Shown: one piece after another, positions 1-9,280 of the stretch
Layout: each line of letters opens with the position of its first letter
How positions within the stretch are numbered: position 1 is the first letter of the stretch
Origin: an uncultured Gemmatimonadales bacterium
GTDB lineage: Bacteria > Gemmatimonadota > Gemmatimonadetes > Gemmatimonadales > GWC2-71-9
DNA length: 64,000 nt
Assembly: GCA_963730185.1 (NCBI GenBank)
Contig: CAVSQW010000014.1
Location: 261,674 to 325,673 of the forward strand
Direction of reading: 5' to 3'
The notes under the pieces: generated by a model
Told to the model about the DNA's origin: nothing
Seen by the model: only the letters and a program-made list of their open reading frames with translations
Database searches by the model: none
Made by a program: the position numbers and the translations under genes

Positions 1-623
1 GTGACGTCGCTCCACTCCACCACCAGGAGCACCAGGACCAGGGGGGTGGCCAGGAGCCCGGTCGAGCGCTTGATCAGGAAGGCGTCGTCGTGATAGCGCT
101 TGGTGATGGGAAGGACCCGCCGGGCCAGCCGGACCAGGGGGTTCCGTTCCGGGGCGACCTGGATGTCCTCGTCGCGGAGCATCCTGACCGCGGTGAACAC
201 CAGGACCGCGCCGAGGAGGTAGATGATCCACTCGAACCGGGCCAGGAGCACCACGCCCGCGAGGACCATGAAGCCGCGGAGCACGATCGCGGTCACTACC
301 CCCCACATCAGGACCCGGGTCTGGGACGCGGTGGGCACGGCGAAGTAGCGGAAGATCAGCAGGAAGACGAACAGGTTGTCGACCGAGAGCGAGAGCTCGA
401 TCAGGTAGCCGGCGTAGTACTCGAGGGCCTTCTGCGGACCCCCCACCAGGAACACGTAGCCGCCGAACAGGAGCGCTGCCGCCACCACGGCGACGGTCCA
501 CCGGGCGAGCGTCCGGGTGCCGTGCGACGCGCGCGCCCGTCCGATCACGAACAGGTCGACGACCAGGAGGCCGGCGATCAGGGCGCCGAAGACGGCCCAG
601 ATCGCCGGGTGGTGACTGGTCAA
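1..623 (-). CDS. TerC/Alx family membrane protein (putative Mn2+ exporter), 3' end outside window
   Basis: Not in ORF track. Manual translation from TTG at 623: MTSHHPAIWAVFGALIAGLLVVDLF...ALEYYAGYLIELSLSVDNLFVFLLIFRYFAVP...VLMWGVVTAIVLRG, carrying the TerC signature SLSVDNLFVF. Lies downstream of a yybP-ykoY riboswitch. Confidence 0.92.
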   Translation of the reverse strand, partial: MTSHHPAIWAVFGALIAGLLVVDLFVIGRARASHGTRTLARWTVAVVAAALLFGGYVFLVGGPQKALEYYAGYLIELSLSVDNLFVFLLIFRYFAVPTASQTRVLMWGVVTAIVLRGFMVLAGVVLLARFEWIIYLLGAVLVFTAVRMLRDEDIQVAPERNPLVRLARRVLPITKRYHDDAFLIKRSTGLLATPLVLVLLVVEWSDV

Positions 624-700
624 TCAGCGTCCGAGGATCGAGCCATCAGCCGCGCGATCCGTTCCTCGGTCGGCGGGTGGAACGTCTTGACGTTGTTCAT
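620..700 (-). CDS. Putative 26-aa leader/small protein MNNVKTFHPPTEERIARLMARSSDAD
   Basis: Strong SD GGGAGG 5 nt before ATG (700). Its TGA overlaps the TTG start of terC (TTGA). Confidence 0.5.
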   Translation of the reverse strand: MNNVKTFHPPTEERIARLMARSSDAD

Positions 701-726
701 GTCGTCCTCCCGAACCTCCCGGTGCG

Positions 727-787
727 AAAAAGACCCCCGTCCCGAGCGCGAGATCCGACCACCGGATCGGCGCTGGACGAAGGTCTT
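727..787 (-). terminator. Intrinsic terminator forming the riboswitch expression platform
   Basis: AAGACCTTCGTCC (787-775) pairs over 13 bp (two G-U) with GGACGGGGGTCTT (742-730), with an inner GATCCG/CGGATC hairpin and a following U-run. The 5' arm is also the 3' strand of aptamer P1. Confidence 0.7.
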
Positions 788-896
788 GCCTGAGCGGGTC
801 GATCCGCCCGACGCGAGTGTGCCGGCTGCTCCAGCCGACAGTCTTGACGATCGCACCGTCCGCCTGTCTCGACGGATGAGCTACTCCCCTTCCAGG
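773..896 (-). ncRNA. yybP-ykoY manganese riboswitch
   Basis: Minus strand reads CTGGAAGGGGAGTAGC...CGTCAAGAC...GGCAAGACCTTCGTCCAG, matching the family hallmarks AAGGGGAGUAGC and GGC(G/A)AGACCUU. Located upstream of terC, the classic context. Confidence 0.9.
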
Positions 897-901
897 GCGG
901 A

Positions 902-931
902 ACACTACATTCCCTGGACGGGGAGTGTCAA
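902..931 (-). promoter_or_regulatory. Sigma-70 promoter for the riboswitch-terC transcript
   Basis: TTGACA (931-926) - 18 nt - TAGTGT (907-902); predicted start about 895, at the aptamer 5' end. Confidence 0.65.
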
Positions 932-1001
932 TTGCGCCCCCGGAGGCCGCCGGCCGCGCTATCTTGGCTCGCGGACCCATCGCCACCTCGGAGGAGGCCC
1001 C

Positions 1002-1958
1002 ATGGACGCGAAGGATCGCGACGCGATTACCGCCATCGCCCTCATTGCCGCGCTGGCCGACGGCAAGCGTCAGCCGGAAGAGGCGGCGGAGCTCGAGCGG
1101 ATCGCGATCGAGCTGGGCGGGAGCGCCGAGTACGGGGCAATCGCCCGGCAGGTCCTGGCCGGCAAGGTCCGCCTGACCGACCTGGCCCAAGGCCTCCAGG
1201 ATCCGGCGGTGCGGCAAAAGGCGTACGAAATGGCGGTCGCCGTCTGCCATGCCGACGGGGTCGCCGATGAACGGGAGAAGGCCTTCCTGGCGGACCTCCG
1301 GCTCAGTCTCCACCTCGACGATGCCGAGACCACGACCGTCCACCATGCCGCCCAGATTCTCGCGGCTACCCCGGTCTCGGCTCCCGGCCCATCGCTGGCT
1401 GACGTGCCCAGGACCACCCTTCCGAGGCCGTCGCAGGCCGGGTTACCGGTCGTCTCCGACGACGAGGCCCTCGACGACCTGATCCTCAAGACCTCGATCC
1501 TCGCGGCCGCCCTCGAGCTCCTGCCCCAGGCGCTCGCCAGCCTCGCCATCGTGCCGGTTCAGGGGCGGATGGTCTATCGGATCGGCTCGGACTTCGGACA
1601 GAGGCTCGATGCCGACCAGATCACCGATCTGGCCGGGGTGATGGGGATCGGGGCCGCGGCGCAGGTCTTCGAAGGCACGGCCCGCCGGCTGCTGAGCGGG
1701 ATGCTTGGGCACGGGGTCGGGTCGATCGCGGGCACGGCGACCGGAGGGGCTCTCACCTTCGCCGCCACCTACGCCATGGGGCATGCCGCCAAGCAGTACT
1801 ACGCCCAGGGCCGCCGGCTCTCCCGGGAAGATCTCCGCGGGCTCTTCACCCGGTTCCGCGGGGAGGCCACGGAGCTCTTTCCCCGCGTCGAGGCCGCCAT
1901 CCGGGAGCAGGCCAAGCGGCTCGACCTCGACGACCTGCTGCATCAGCTTCGATCCTAG
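1002..1958 (+). CDS. TerB-like (DUF533) + DUF697/YcjF-like two-domain protein
   Basis: SD GGAGGAGG before ATG 1002. N-terminal ALADG...AYEMAVAVCHADGVADEREKAFL (TerB-like); C-terminal LELLPQALASLAIVPVQGRMVYRIG...FAATYAMG (DUF697-like). Confidence 0.75.
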   Translation: MDAKDRDAITAIALIAALADGKRQPEEAAELERIAIELGGSAEYGAIARQVLAGKVRLTDLAQGLQDPAVRQKAYEMAVAVCHADGVADEREKAFLADLRLSLHLDDAETTTVHHAAQILAATPVSAPGPSLADVPRTTLPRPSQAGLPVVSDDEALDDLILKTSILAAALELLPQALASLAIVPVQGRMVYRIGSDFGQRLDADQITDLAGVMGIGAAAQVFEGTARRLLSGMLGHGVGSIAGTATGGALTFAATYAMGHAAKQYYAQGRRLSREDLRGLFTRFRGEATELFPRVEAAIREQAKRLDLDDLLHQLRS

Positions 1959-2094
1959 CCATGGACGAGGCCGAATCCCGCCACCCGCGGTCATCGTGCA
2001 TCGCTGAACGCCCCGCAACACGGTCCATCGGGTCGGGATCGCGCCGGGGTCGCCTCCCTACGGGCAAAGACGGCGCATGACCGCGGTGCCCTCA

Positions 2095-2110
2095 TTGGAA
2101 CGTTTCCTGC
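2095..2110 (+). promoter_or_regulatory. Putative sigma-54 promoter (csbD operon)
   Basis: TTGGAACGTTTCCTGC, GG-N10-GC, 70 nt upstream of csbD. Confidence 0.6.
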
Positions 2111-2179
2111 CTTGATCCTCGGTGGCAGCCGGGGAGCGAGTCCGCGGCTCCATTACCACCAGCCTGGTAGGAGGGCGAG

Positions 2180-2401
2180 ATGGCCTGGGATCAGATCAAG
2201 GGCAACTGGAAGCAGTTCCGCGGCCGGGTCAGGGAGAAGTGGGGCGAGCTGACCGACGACGATCTGGATCGGATCGACGGCCGGCGCGAGCAGCTCGAGG
2301 GCATCATCCAGGAGCGCTACGGCAAGGCCAAGCAGGCGGTCAAGGCCGAAGTCGACGATTGGGTCGAGCGGCAGGCCGAGATCCCGAGCCGCCCTCGCTG
2401 A
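2180..2401 (+). CDS. CsbD/YjbJ family stress protein
   Basis: MAWDQIKGNWKQFRGRVREKWGELTDDDL...GIIQERYG; SD AGGAGG. Confidence 0.95.
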   Translation: MAWDQIKGNWKQFRGRVREKWGELTDDDLDRIDGRREQLEGIIQERYGKAKQAVKAEVDDWVERQAEIPSRPR

Positions 2402-2475
2402 CGGATGGCACCGCGACCGTCACCGGTCGGTCGGCCCACGGGTCAGCGGCCGGGCTCCCGCGGCGGAGCCCACTG

Positions 2476-2886
2476 ATGCCGAGCGTCAGTTGGTACGCCA
2501 CCCTGGCCAAGGCTGCGGCTCGGTATGCCGGCCGCCCGGTGACGTTCGCGATCGCCCTCGTCGCCATCCTGGCGTGGGCGGCCGCCGGACCGGTCTTCCA
2601 TTTCAGCGATACCTGGCAGCTGGTGATCAATACGAGCACCACGATCGTCACCTTCCTGATGGTCTTCCTCATTCAGAACACCCAGGGTCGCGATACGGCT
2701 GCCATCCAGGTCAAGCTGGACGAGCTGATCCGGGTCACTTCCGGGGCCCACAACGCCCTCCTCGATCTCGAGGAGCTCGACGAGCAGGCGCTGGACGCCT
2801 TCCGGGACCGGTACGCGGCGCTGGCCGATCGGGCCCGGACGGAGTTGGCCGGCGGCCTGGCCGATACCGATACGCCCGCCGCATGA
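2476..2886 (+). CDS. Low-affinity iron permease (Fet4-like) family protein
   Basis: FSDTWQLVINTSTTIVTFLMVFLIQNTQGRD...IQVKLDELI signature. Confidence 0.9.
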   Translation: MPSVSWYATLAKAAARYAGRPVTFAIALVAILAWAAAGPVFHFSDTWQLVINTSTTIVTFLMVFLIQNTQGRDTAAIQVKLDELIRVTSGAHNALLDLEELDEQALDAFRDRYAALADRARTELAGGLADTDTPAA

Positions 2887-4175
2887 CCACCGCCGCGCCG
2901 CCCAGTGTGCCGCCCGGGCGGGCGAGGGCCCGCGCCGCCTGGATCCGGCAGCTCCGGACCGGGCGCCCGATCTGGGAGCGCACCCGTCTCAAGCCCCTAC
3001 CGACGGAAGTCCTCGAGCGGGACGTCACCACCGACGCGCTGGTGGTCGGCGCCGGCATCTCGGGGGCGGTCGTGGCGGAGTCCCTGGTCAGCGCCGGGCT
3101 TCGGGTGCGGGTCGTCGACCGCCTGGCGCCGGCCCACGGGTCGACCGTCGCCTCGACCGCCCTGTTGCTCTACGCGACCGACCGGCCGCTGGCCGAGCTG
3201 AGTCGGGACCTGGGGCGGGACCGAGCGGAGCGAGCCTGGCGTCGCTCCCACCTGGCCGTGGCCGCCCTCCGCGAGCGGAGCGAGCGGCTTGGCCTTCTCG
3301 CCGATGTTCAGCCCCGACCGAGCCTCTACCTCGAGGGGACCGAGCTCGACGCCGCAGGATTGGCGGCGGAAGCTCGCGAGCGCCGGCGGGCCGGCTTCGA
3401 CTGCGAGGTGCTGGCGCCTTTCGAGGTCGAGACGCGGACCGGAGTCGCTGGCCGGGCGGCGCTCCTCGGCTTCGGGGCCATGACCGCCGACCCGCGTCGG
3501 CTGGCGGTCGGTTTTCTCCGGCGAGCCATCGAAGGCGGCGGCGTGCTGCACACGCCGGTGGACGTTGTCGGAGTTGCTCCGGGTCCGGACCACGTCCTCG
3601 CCGCCACCCGGCATGGACCGACCATCCGGGCTCGTCATCTGGTCTATGCGACCGGCTACGACTTGCCCGACGGCGTGCCGAACGATGGCCATCGGGTGGT
3701 CTCGACCTGGGTCATCACGACCCGGCCCCAGCGGAACGGCCTCTGGTGGCGGCGCAGTCTGATCTGGGAAGCGAGCCGGCCATATCTCTATCTCCGGACC
3801 GGCCCGGGGCGGCGGGTCATCTGTGGCGGCGAAGACGAGTGCGTGGCCGACCCGGCGGCGCGAGACGCACTTCTGCCCGCCAAGACCAGAGCGCTGATGG
3901 ACCGCCTGGCATCCCTGTTCCCTCACCTCGACCCGACGCCCGAGTGCGCCTGGGGCGCGAGCTTCGGCGATTCGGCGTCCGGATTGCCGACCATCGGCGC
4001 GGTTCCGGGGGCGCCGCGATGCTATGCGCTCCTGGGCTACGGGGGCAACGGGATCACTTTTGCCATGCTGGGTGCCCAGATCCTCCGCGGGTTGATCACC
4101 GGTGACGGCGACGCCGACGCGGATCTGTTCGCCTTCGGGAGCCACCCGGGTCAGGCCGGGCCGGAGGCGTCGTGA
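2883..4175 (+). CDS. FAD-dependent oxidoreductase (DAO family)
   Basis: VVGAGISG Rossmann motif, GSTVAST, C-terminal GYGGNGITFA; ATGA overlap with the upstream gene. Confidence 0.88.
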   Translation: MTTAAPPSVPPGRARARAAWIRQLRTGRPIWERTRLKPLPTEVLERDVTTDALVVGAGISGAVVAESLVSAGLRVRVVDRLAPAHGSTVASTALLLYATDRPLAELSRDLGRDRAERAWRRSHLAVAALRERSERLGLLADVQPRPSLYLEGTELDAAGLAAEARERRRAGFDCEVLAPFEVETRTGVAGRAALLGFGAMTADPRRLAVGFLRRAIEGGGVLHTPVDVVGVAPGPDHVLAATRHGPTIRARHLVYATGYDLPDGVPNDGHRVVSTWVITTRPQRNGLWWRRSLIWEASRPYLYLRTGPGRRVICGGEDECVADPAARDALLPAKTRALMDRLASLFPHLDPTPECAWGASFGDSASGLPTIGAVPGAPRCYALLGYGGNGITFAMLGAQILRGLITGDGDADADLFAFGSHPGQAGPEAS

Positions 4176-4176
4176 C

Positions 4177-5592
<1,416 letters not shown>

Positions 5593-5842
5593 GCTTCCTC
5601 CCCAATTGGACGGACTGCCAAGGTGACGCCGCCGCTGGAGCGAAGCTGCACAGCGGCCGACGTCGGGTCCGTCGACAGGCGTGACCCGGGATGCGCTCCG
5701 AGTCGCCGCGAGATCTCATGTGGTCGCGACGAGGCCGATCGCCGTCACCGAGATGGATGGACGGACACCGCCGACTCGTGTCGTCGAACGTCGGACGGCC
5801 GGGTTTGGCGATCCATATCTCCTGAGAGATAGGAGGAGCGAC

Positions 5843-6142
5843 ATGTCACCCCAATGGTCGGAGAAGGACCAGCGGCAATTCGAGCACGTGAAGGAGTCGG
5901 AGCTGGAGCTGGGGCGGACCCCGAGTCGGGCCAAGGCCATCGCGGGCCGCACCGTCAATCAGCATCGGCGACGAGAGGGGCGCACGCCGAGCCGACGCAG
6001 CCAGGGCACCGGTAATCCGAGCGCGGCCCTCGAAGAGCGCACCGCCAACCAACTCCGAAACCGAGCCCGCCAGCTGGGGATCGAGGGCCGGAGCGAGATG
6101 AGCAAGGCCGAGCTGGTCGCCGCGATTCGCCGGCACGGCTGA
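5843..6142 (+). CDS. Small basic stress-associated protein with C-terminal Rho_N-like motif
   Basis: SD AGGAGG; WSEKDQRQFEHVKES...AIAGRTVN...ARQLGIEGRSEMSKAELVAAI. Confidence 0.8.
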   Translation: MSPQWSEKDQRQFEHVKESELELGRTPSRAKAIAGRTVNQHRRREGRTPSRRSQGTGNPSAALEERTANQLRNRARQLGIEGRSEMSKAELVAAIRRHG

Positions 6143-6245
6143 TCCACCGGCGCTCGTGCGTTCCGGTCCGGATCGAAACACGGAGTCGGGCGGTGCCGGT
6201 GCTGCAGAGCGAGGCTTCCGCGGGGAGAACGGCCAGTCGGGACGA

Positions 6246-6261
6246 GTGGCCTTCGCTTTGC
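6246..6261 (+). promoter_or_regulatory. Putative sigma-54 promoter
   Basis: GTGGCCTTCGCTTTGC, GG-N10-GC, 40 nt upstream of the ATG at 6302. Confidence 0.6.
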
Positions 6262-6301
6262 CAGGATGGCGCGCTTCGGACTTCATCGACGGGAGGTGGG
6301 C

Positions 6302-6700
6302 ATGCAATGGATCATCGCGGCGGGGGTCGCGGTACTGATGGCGGGCGGAGCGGCTCGAGTGAGCGCTCAAACGGTGGCGCCGCGGGACCTCGGTGCGCCG
6401 GCGAACACCTCCCCGGCGAGACCGGGTGGTGAGCCCCGGTGGACCGCCCCGGACTCGACCGGCGGGTCGGGACCGACCGAGCCGCGGGGCATTCGCCGGG
6501 CGTGGACCCCGCTGGCGCCGGGCACCCACGTCGCGAGCCAGGACACGGTCTTCGTCGCGCATCCCAGCCGCCGCGGACCTCTGGCCCTCCTCATCGCCGG
6601 CGGCGCCGGGGTGGTCGCGGGTCTGATCGCCGACGAGTCGACGATCACCATCGTCAGTGCCGGCATCGCCGGGGTAGGTCTGTATCTGTTGGTGCGTTGA
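6302..6700 (+). CDS. Hypothetical exported/membrane protein
   Basis: SD GGGAGGT; signal peptide (MQWIIAAGVAVLMAGGAARVSA-Q); two C-terminal hydrophobic segments. Confidence 0.65.
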   Translation: MQWIIAAGVAVLMAGGAARVSAQTVAPRDLGAPANTSPARPGGEPRWTAPDSTGGSGPTEPRGIRRAWTPLAPGTHVASQDTVFVAHPSRRGPLALLIAGGAGVVAGLIADESTITIVSAGIAGVGLYLLVR

Positions 6701-6731
6701 TCGAATCACCCTCATGGAAGGGACGGGACTC

Positions 6732-7280
6732 ATGTCCAGCAAGGCAGTCTTCGGGCTCTACGCCAGCCGACTCCAGGTCGAGCGGGCGGTCGACACGCTC
6801 CGCGCGGCCGGATTTCGGCCCGGTGACGTTTCGGTCCTGATGCCGACCGACGAATCCACCAAGGACTTCGCTCACGAGAAGAACACCAAGGCGCCGGAAG
6901 GCACGGCGGCGGGTGGTCTGACCGGCGGCCTGGCGGGCGGCACGCTGGGGTGGCTGGCTGGCATCGGCGCGTTCGCCATTCCGGGTCTGGGTCCGCTGGT
7001 GGCGGCCGGCCCGATCGTCGCCATGCTCACGGGCGTGGGCGTCGGCGCCGCGGTGGGCGGTCTGACGGGCGCGCTCGTCGGCCTCGGGATTCCCGAGTTC
7101 GAAGCCAAGCGCTACGAGGGTCTGGTGCGGGGCGGGCGGATCCTCCTTTCGGTGCACGCCGACGACCCCAACTGGCGGGCCAAGGCGACCGCGATCCTCG
7201 AGGCCACCGGCGCGGAGGATGTCGCTTCCGCATCGGAGCCGGCGGGCGACATCCCCGCCTCACGGATGAAGGTGCGATAG
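6732..7280 (+). CDS. General stress protein (YflT/DUF3341-like, glycine zipper)
   Basis: KAVFGLY...AVDTLRAAGF...HEKNTKAPEG, glycine-rich hairpin GLGPLVAAGP, GIPEFEAKRYE. Confidence 0.85.
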   Translation: MSSKAVFGLYASRLQVERAVDTLRAAGFRPGDVSVLMPTDESTKDFAHEKNTKAPEGTAAGGLTGGLAGGTLGWLAGIGAFAIPGLGPLVAAGPIVAMLTGVGVGAAVGGLTGALVGLGIPEFEAKRYEGLVRGGRILLSVHADDPNWRAKATAILEATGAEDVASASEPAGDIPASRMKVR

Positions 7281-7323
7281 CTACCCGACCGGTACCCGCC
7301 GGTCGACTCCACGGGAGGAGATT

Positions 7324-7473
7324 ATGCTCGAGACCATTGCTGTCCTGCTGATCGTGCTGTGGCTGCTGGGGATGGTGTCGTCCTACACGCTGGGCGGGTT
7401 CATCCACATCCTGCTGGTCATCGCGCTGGTCGTGATCGTGATCCGCGTGATCCAGGGGCGACGAGTGGTATGA
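7324..7473 (+). CDS. lmo0937/DUF5670-family small membrane protein (49 aa)
   Basis: Not in ORF track. SD GGGAGGAG; MLETIAVLLIVLWLLGMVSSYTLGGFIHILLVIALVVIVIRVIQGRRVV. Confidence 0.9.
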   Translation: MLETIAVLLIVLWLLGMVSSYTLGGFIHILLVIALVVIVIRVIQGRRVV

Positions 7474-8474
7474 CGGCGACCAGTCGTCGCCGCCAATCGG
7501 CGATGGTAGCGATCGGGGACCGGGAGGGCGGCCGAGCGGGGGGGGCGGAGCCTCCCCTCGCCACCCGTTCCAGGAACCCGCCGGAGGCCGAGCGGCCGGG
7601 ACCGGTCGCGACCGGCCGGCTGGCGAAGCCCGGCCGGAACTATCCGCTGGCCGAGGTCCCGCCGGCCGCTCCGATGGTCGGAACCGTGCTGGTCGTGCTC
7701 GACGAGGGCTCGATCCTCGGCGGCGCGCTTGCCTACGGAGTGGGCATTGCCAGGCGGGCCAAGGCCAGTCTGCGCCTCCTCCCGATGGTCGCGCCGGCCG
7801 GAGCGACGGGAGGGCCCCGGGAAGCGGACCAGGGCGCCGCGGAAAGATCGGCATCCCCGTTGGGGTCGATCGTTCGGGCCGTCGAGCGGGCTTGGCCGGA
7901 TCTGGTCGTCATGGCGGCGAGCCAGGATCGGACCGAGGCCGCGCCCCGAGTGCCGGCGGTCGCCGAGTACGTGGTCCGGTCGATGGGCGTCCCGGTATTG
8001 TTGACCCCACCCGGTCTCGGGCGAGTTCCGGTGCCGCCCCCCCGCCCGCTCCGCCGGATCCTGGTGGCGCTCGACGGCATGCGAGGTGCGGAGGTCGCCG
8101 TTGCCTGGTCCTCGACCCTCGCCATGATCCTGCAGGGTCACGTCACTCTCTATCAGGTGGTGGAGCCCGATCCGGACGACCTCGATGTGCCCAATGCCAA
8201 GCTCGAGGAACGGAGACGATCGGCGGCGCGCTACCTCGACGGGCTGGCGGACCAGATCCGGGCGCGAGGCGTGCCCAGCGCCGCCTATGCCGACGTCGGG
8301 TTCTATCCCGCCAAGCGGATCGTGGAGTCGCTCGAACGGCGCTACGACATGGCGGTCATGGTCTTCCGGACCGACTCACCGCGGGGTGATTGCGACTGCG
8401 AGCCGGCGCGAGCCGTCATCGGGGGCGGCGGCCGGCCCGTCGTGCTGGTCCCGGCCGCGGCTCCGCCGGCCTAA
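7470..8474 (+). CDS. Universal stress protein, tandem USP domains (start uncertain; 7674 is an alternative)
   Basis: DLVVMA...VAEYVVRSMGVPVLL; second domain RRILVALDG...RPVVLVP. Confidence 0.75.
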   Translation: MTATSRRRQSAMVAIGDREGGRAGGAEPPLATRSRNPPEAERPGPVATGRLAKPGRNYPLAEVPPAAPMVGTVLVVLDEGSILGGALAYGVGIARRAKASLRLLPMVAPAGATGGPREADQGAAERSASPLGSIVRAVERAWPDLVVMAASQDRTEAAPRVPAVAEYVVRSMGVPVLLTPPGLGRVPVPPPRPLRRILVALDGMRGAEVAVAWSSTLAMILQGHVTLYQVVEPDPDDLDVPNAKLEERRRSAARYLDGLADQIRARGVPSAAYADVGFYPAKRIVESLERRYDMAVMVFRTDSPRGDCDCEPARAVIGGGGRPVVLVPAAAPPA

Positions 8475-8500
8475 CCGGCCGGCCGAGCCGCAACCCGACC

Positions 8501-9016
8501 TCAGCCGCGCGCACCGACATCCGGTGGATCTTCGCCGAGGGCGGTCGCCAGATCGACGAGGTGCTCCTGCTCGTCCTTCAGGATCTCGCGGACGTGCTGG
8601 GCGATCGCGTGCTCGCCCAGGGCCTCGCACTGGCGAACCCGTTCCCGGTAGGCCCGGATGGTGTTCGCCTCGTTCTCGAGATCGAACCGCAGCATGGCGG
8701 CGGGATCGTCCGAGGTCCGCACCGGCTTGGGCTCGACCGCGGGGTCACCACCCAGGTAATCGATTTGCCCGGCGATCCTGAGGGCGTGCTGCAGCTCCTG
8801 GGCGGCATGGCGCTCGAGCTCCTTCGCGATCGCCATGTACTCCGCCCCTTTCATGACTTGGGAATAGCAGACGTAGGCGATGATCGCCTGGTATTCGCGG
8901 CTGAGGTCCTCGTTGAGGTCCCTGATGAGGGACGCCCGGTCGATGCCGGGGGCCCGCGTTGCCGTGGTAGCTGGTTGGGTCCGGCTCGTGGCCGGCGCCG
9001 CGCGACGTGACGCCAT
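8501..9016 (-). CDS. Ferritin-like/bacterioferritin-family di-iron protein
   Basis: LNEDLSREYQAIIAY...ELQHA...ENEANTI...DEQEH, with paired ExxH motifs. Confidence 0.9.
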   Translation of the reverse strand: MASRRAAPATSRTQPATTATRAPGIDRASLIRDLNEDLSREYQAIIAYVCYSQVMKGAEYMAIAKELERHAAQELQHALRIAGQIDYLGGDPAVEPKPVRTSDDPAAMLRFDLENEANTIRAYRERVRQCEALGEHAIAQHVREILKDEQEHLVDLATALGEDPPDVGARG

Positions 9017-9170
9017 GAGCGTCTCCTCGGTAGGAATGGTTCCGCCGGGGCTCCGATCGAGCCGGCGGTTCAGGAGAAGATTCGAGAGTGGCCCAGCAGC
9101 CCCCGAGCCCCTGTCCGGTCGAGCCGATGACCGGCGTCGGCCGGGGCCGCGGGAGCTGAGATTCGGAAGG

Positions 9171-9186
9171 GCAATCGACGTGCCGG
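9171..9186 (-). promoter_or_regulatory. Putative sigma-54 promoter (ferritin-like gene)
   Basis: Minus strand CCGGCACGTCGATTGC, near-consensus GGCACG...TTGC. Confidence 0.7.
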
Positions 9187-9280
9187 GCGGATGCCCGGGG
9201 TCGGCGTTGTTCGGCGCCGACGAGATTGTTGCAGAACCGACCCAGCCGCACGCTGGCGGCTCGGCCCGTCGGCCCGGCGG

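Noticed and set aside
90..1001. N-terminal ~300 aa of the 622-aa ORF 90..1958
   Set aside because: It is the antisense shadow of terC and the riboswitch; the real start with an SD is at 1002.
5645..5660. GG-N10-GC upstream of the sigma-54 activator (TCGGCCGCTGTGCAGC, minus strand)
   Set aside because: Poor match at both boxes; likely chance in GC-rich DNA.
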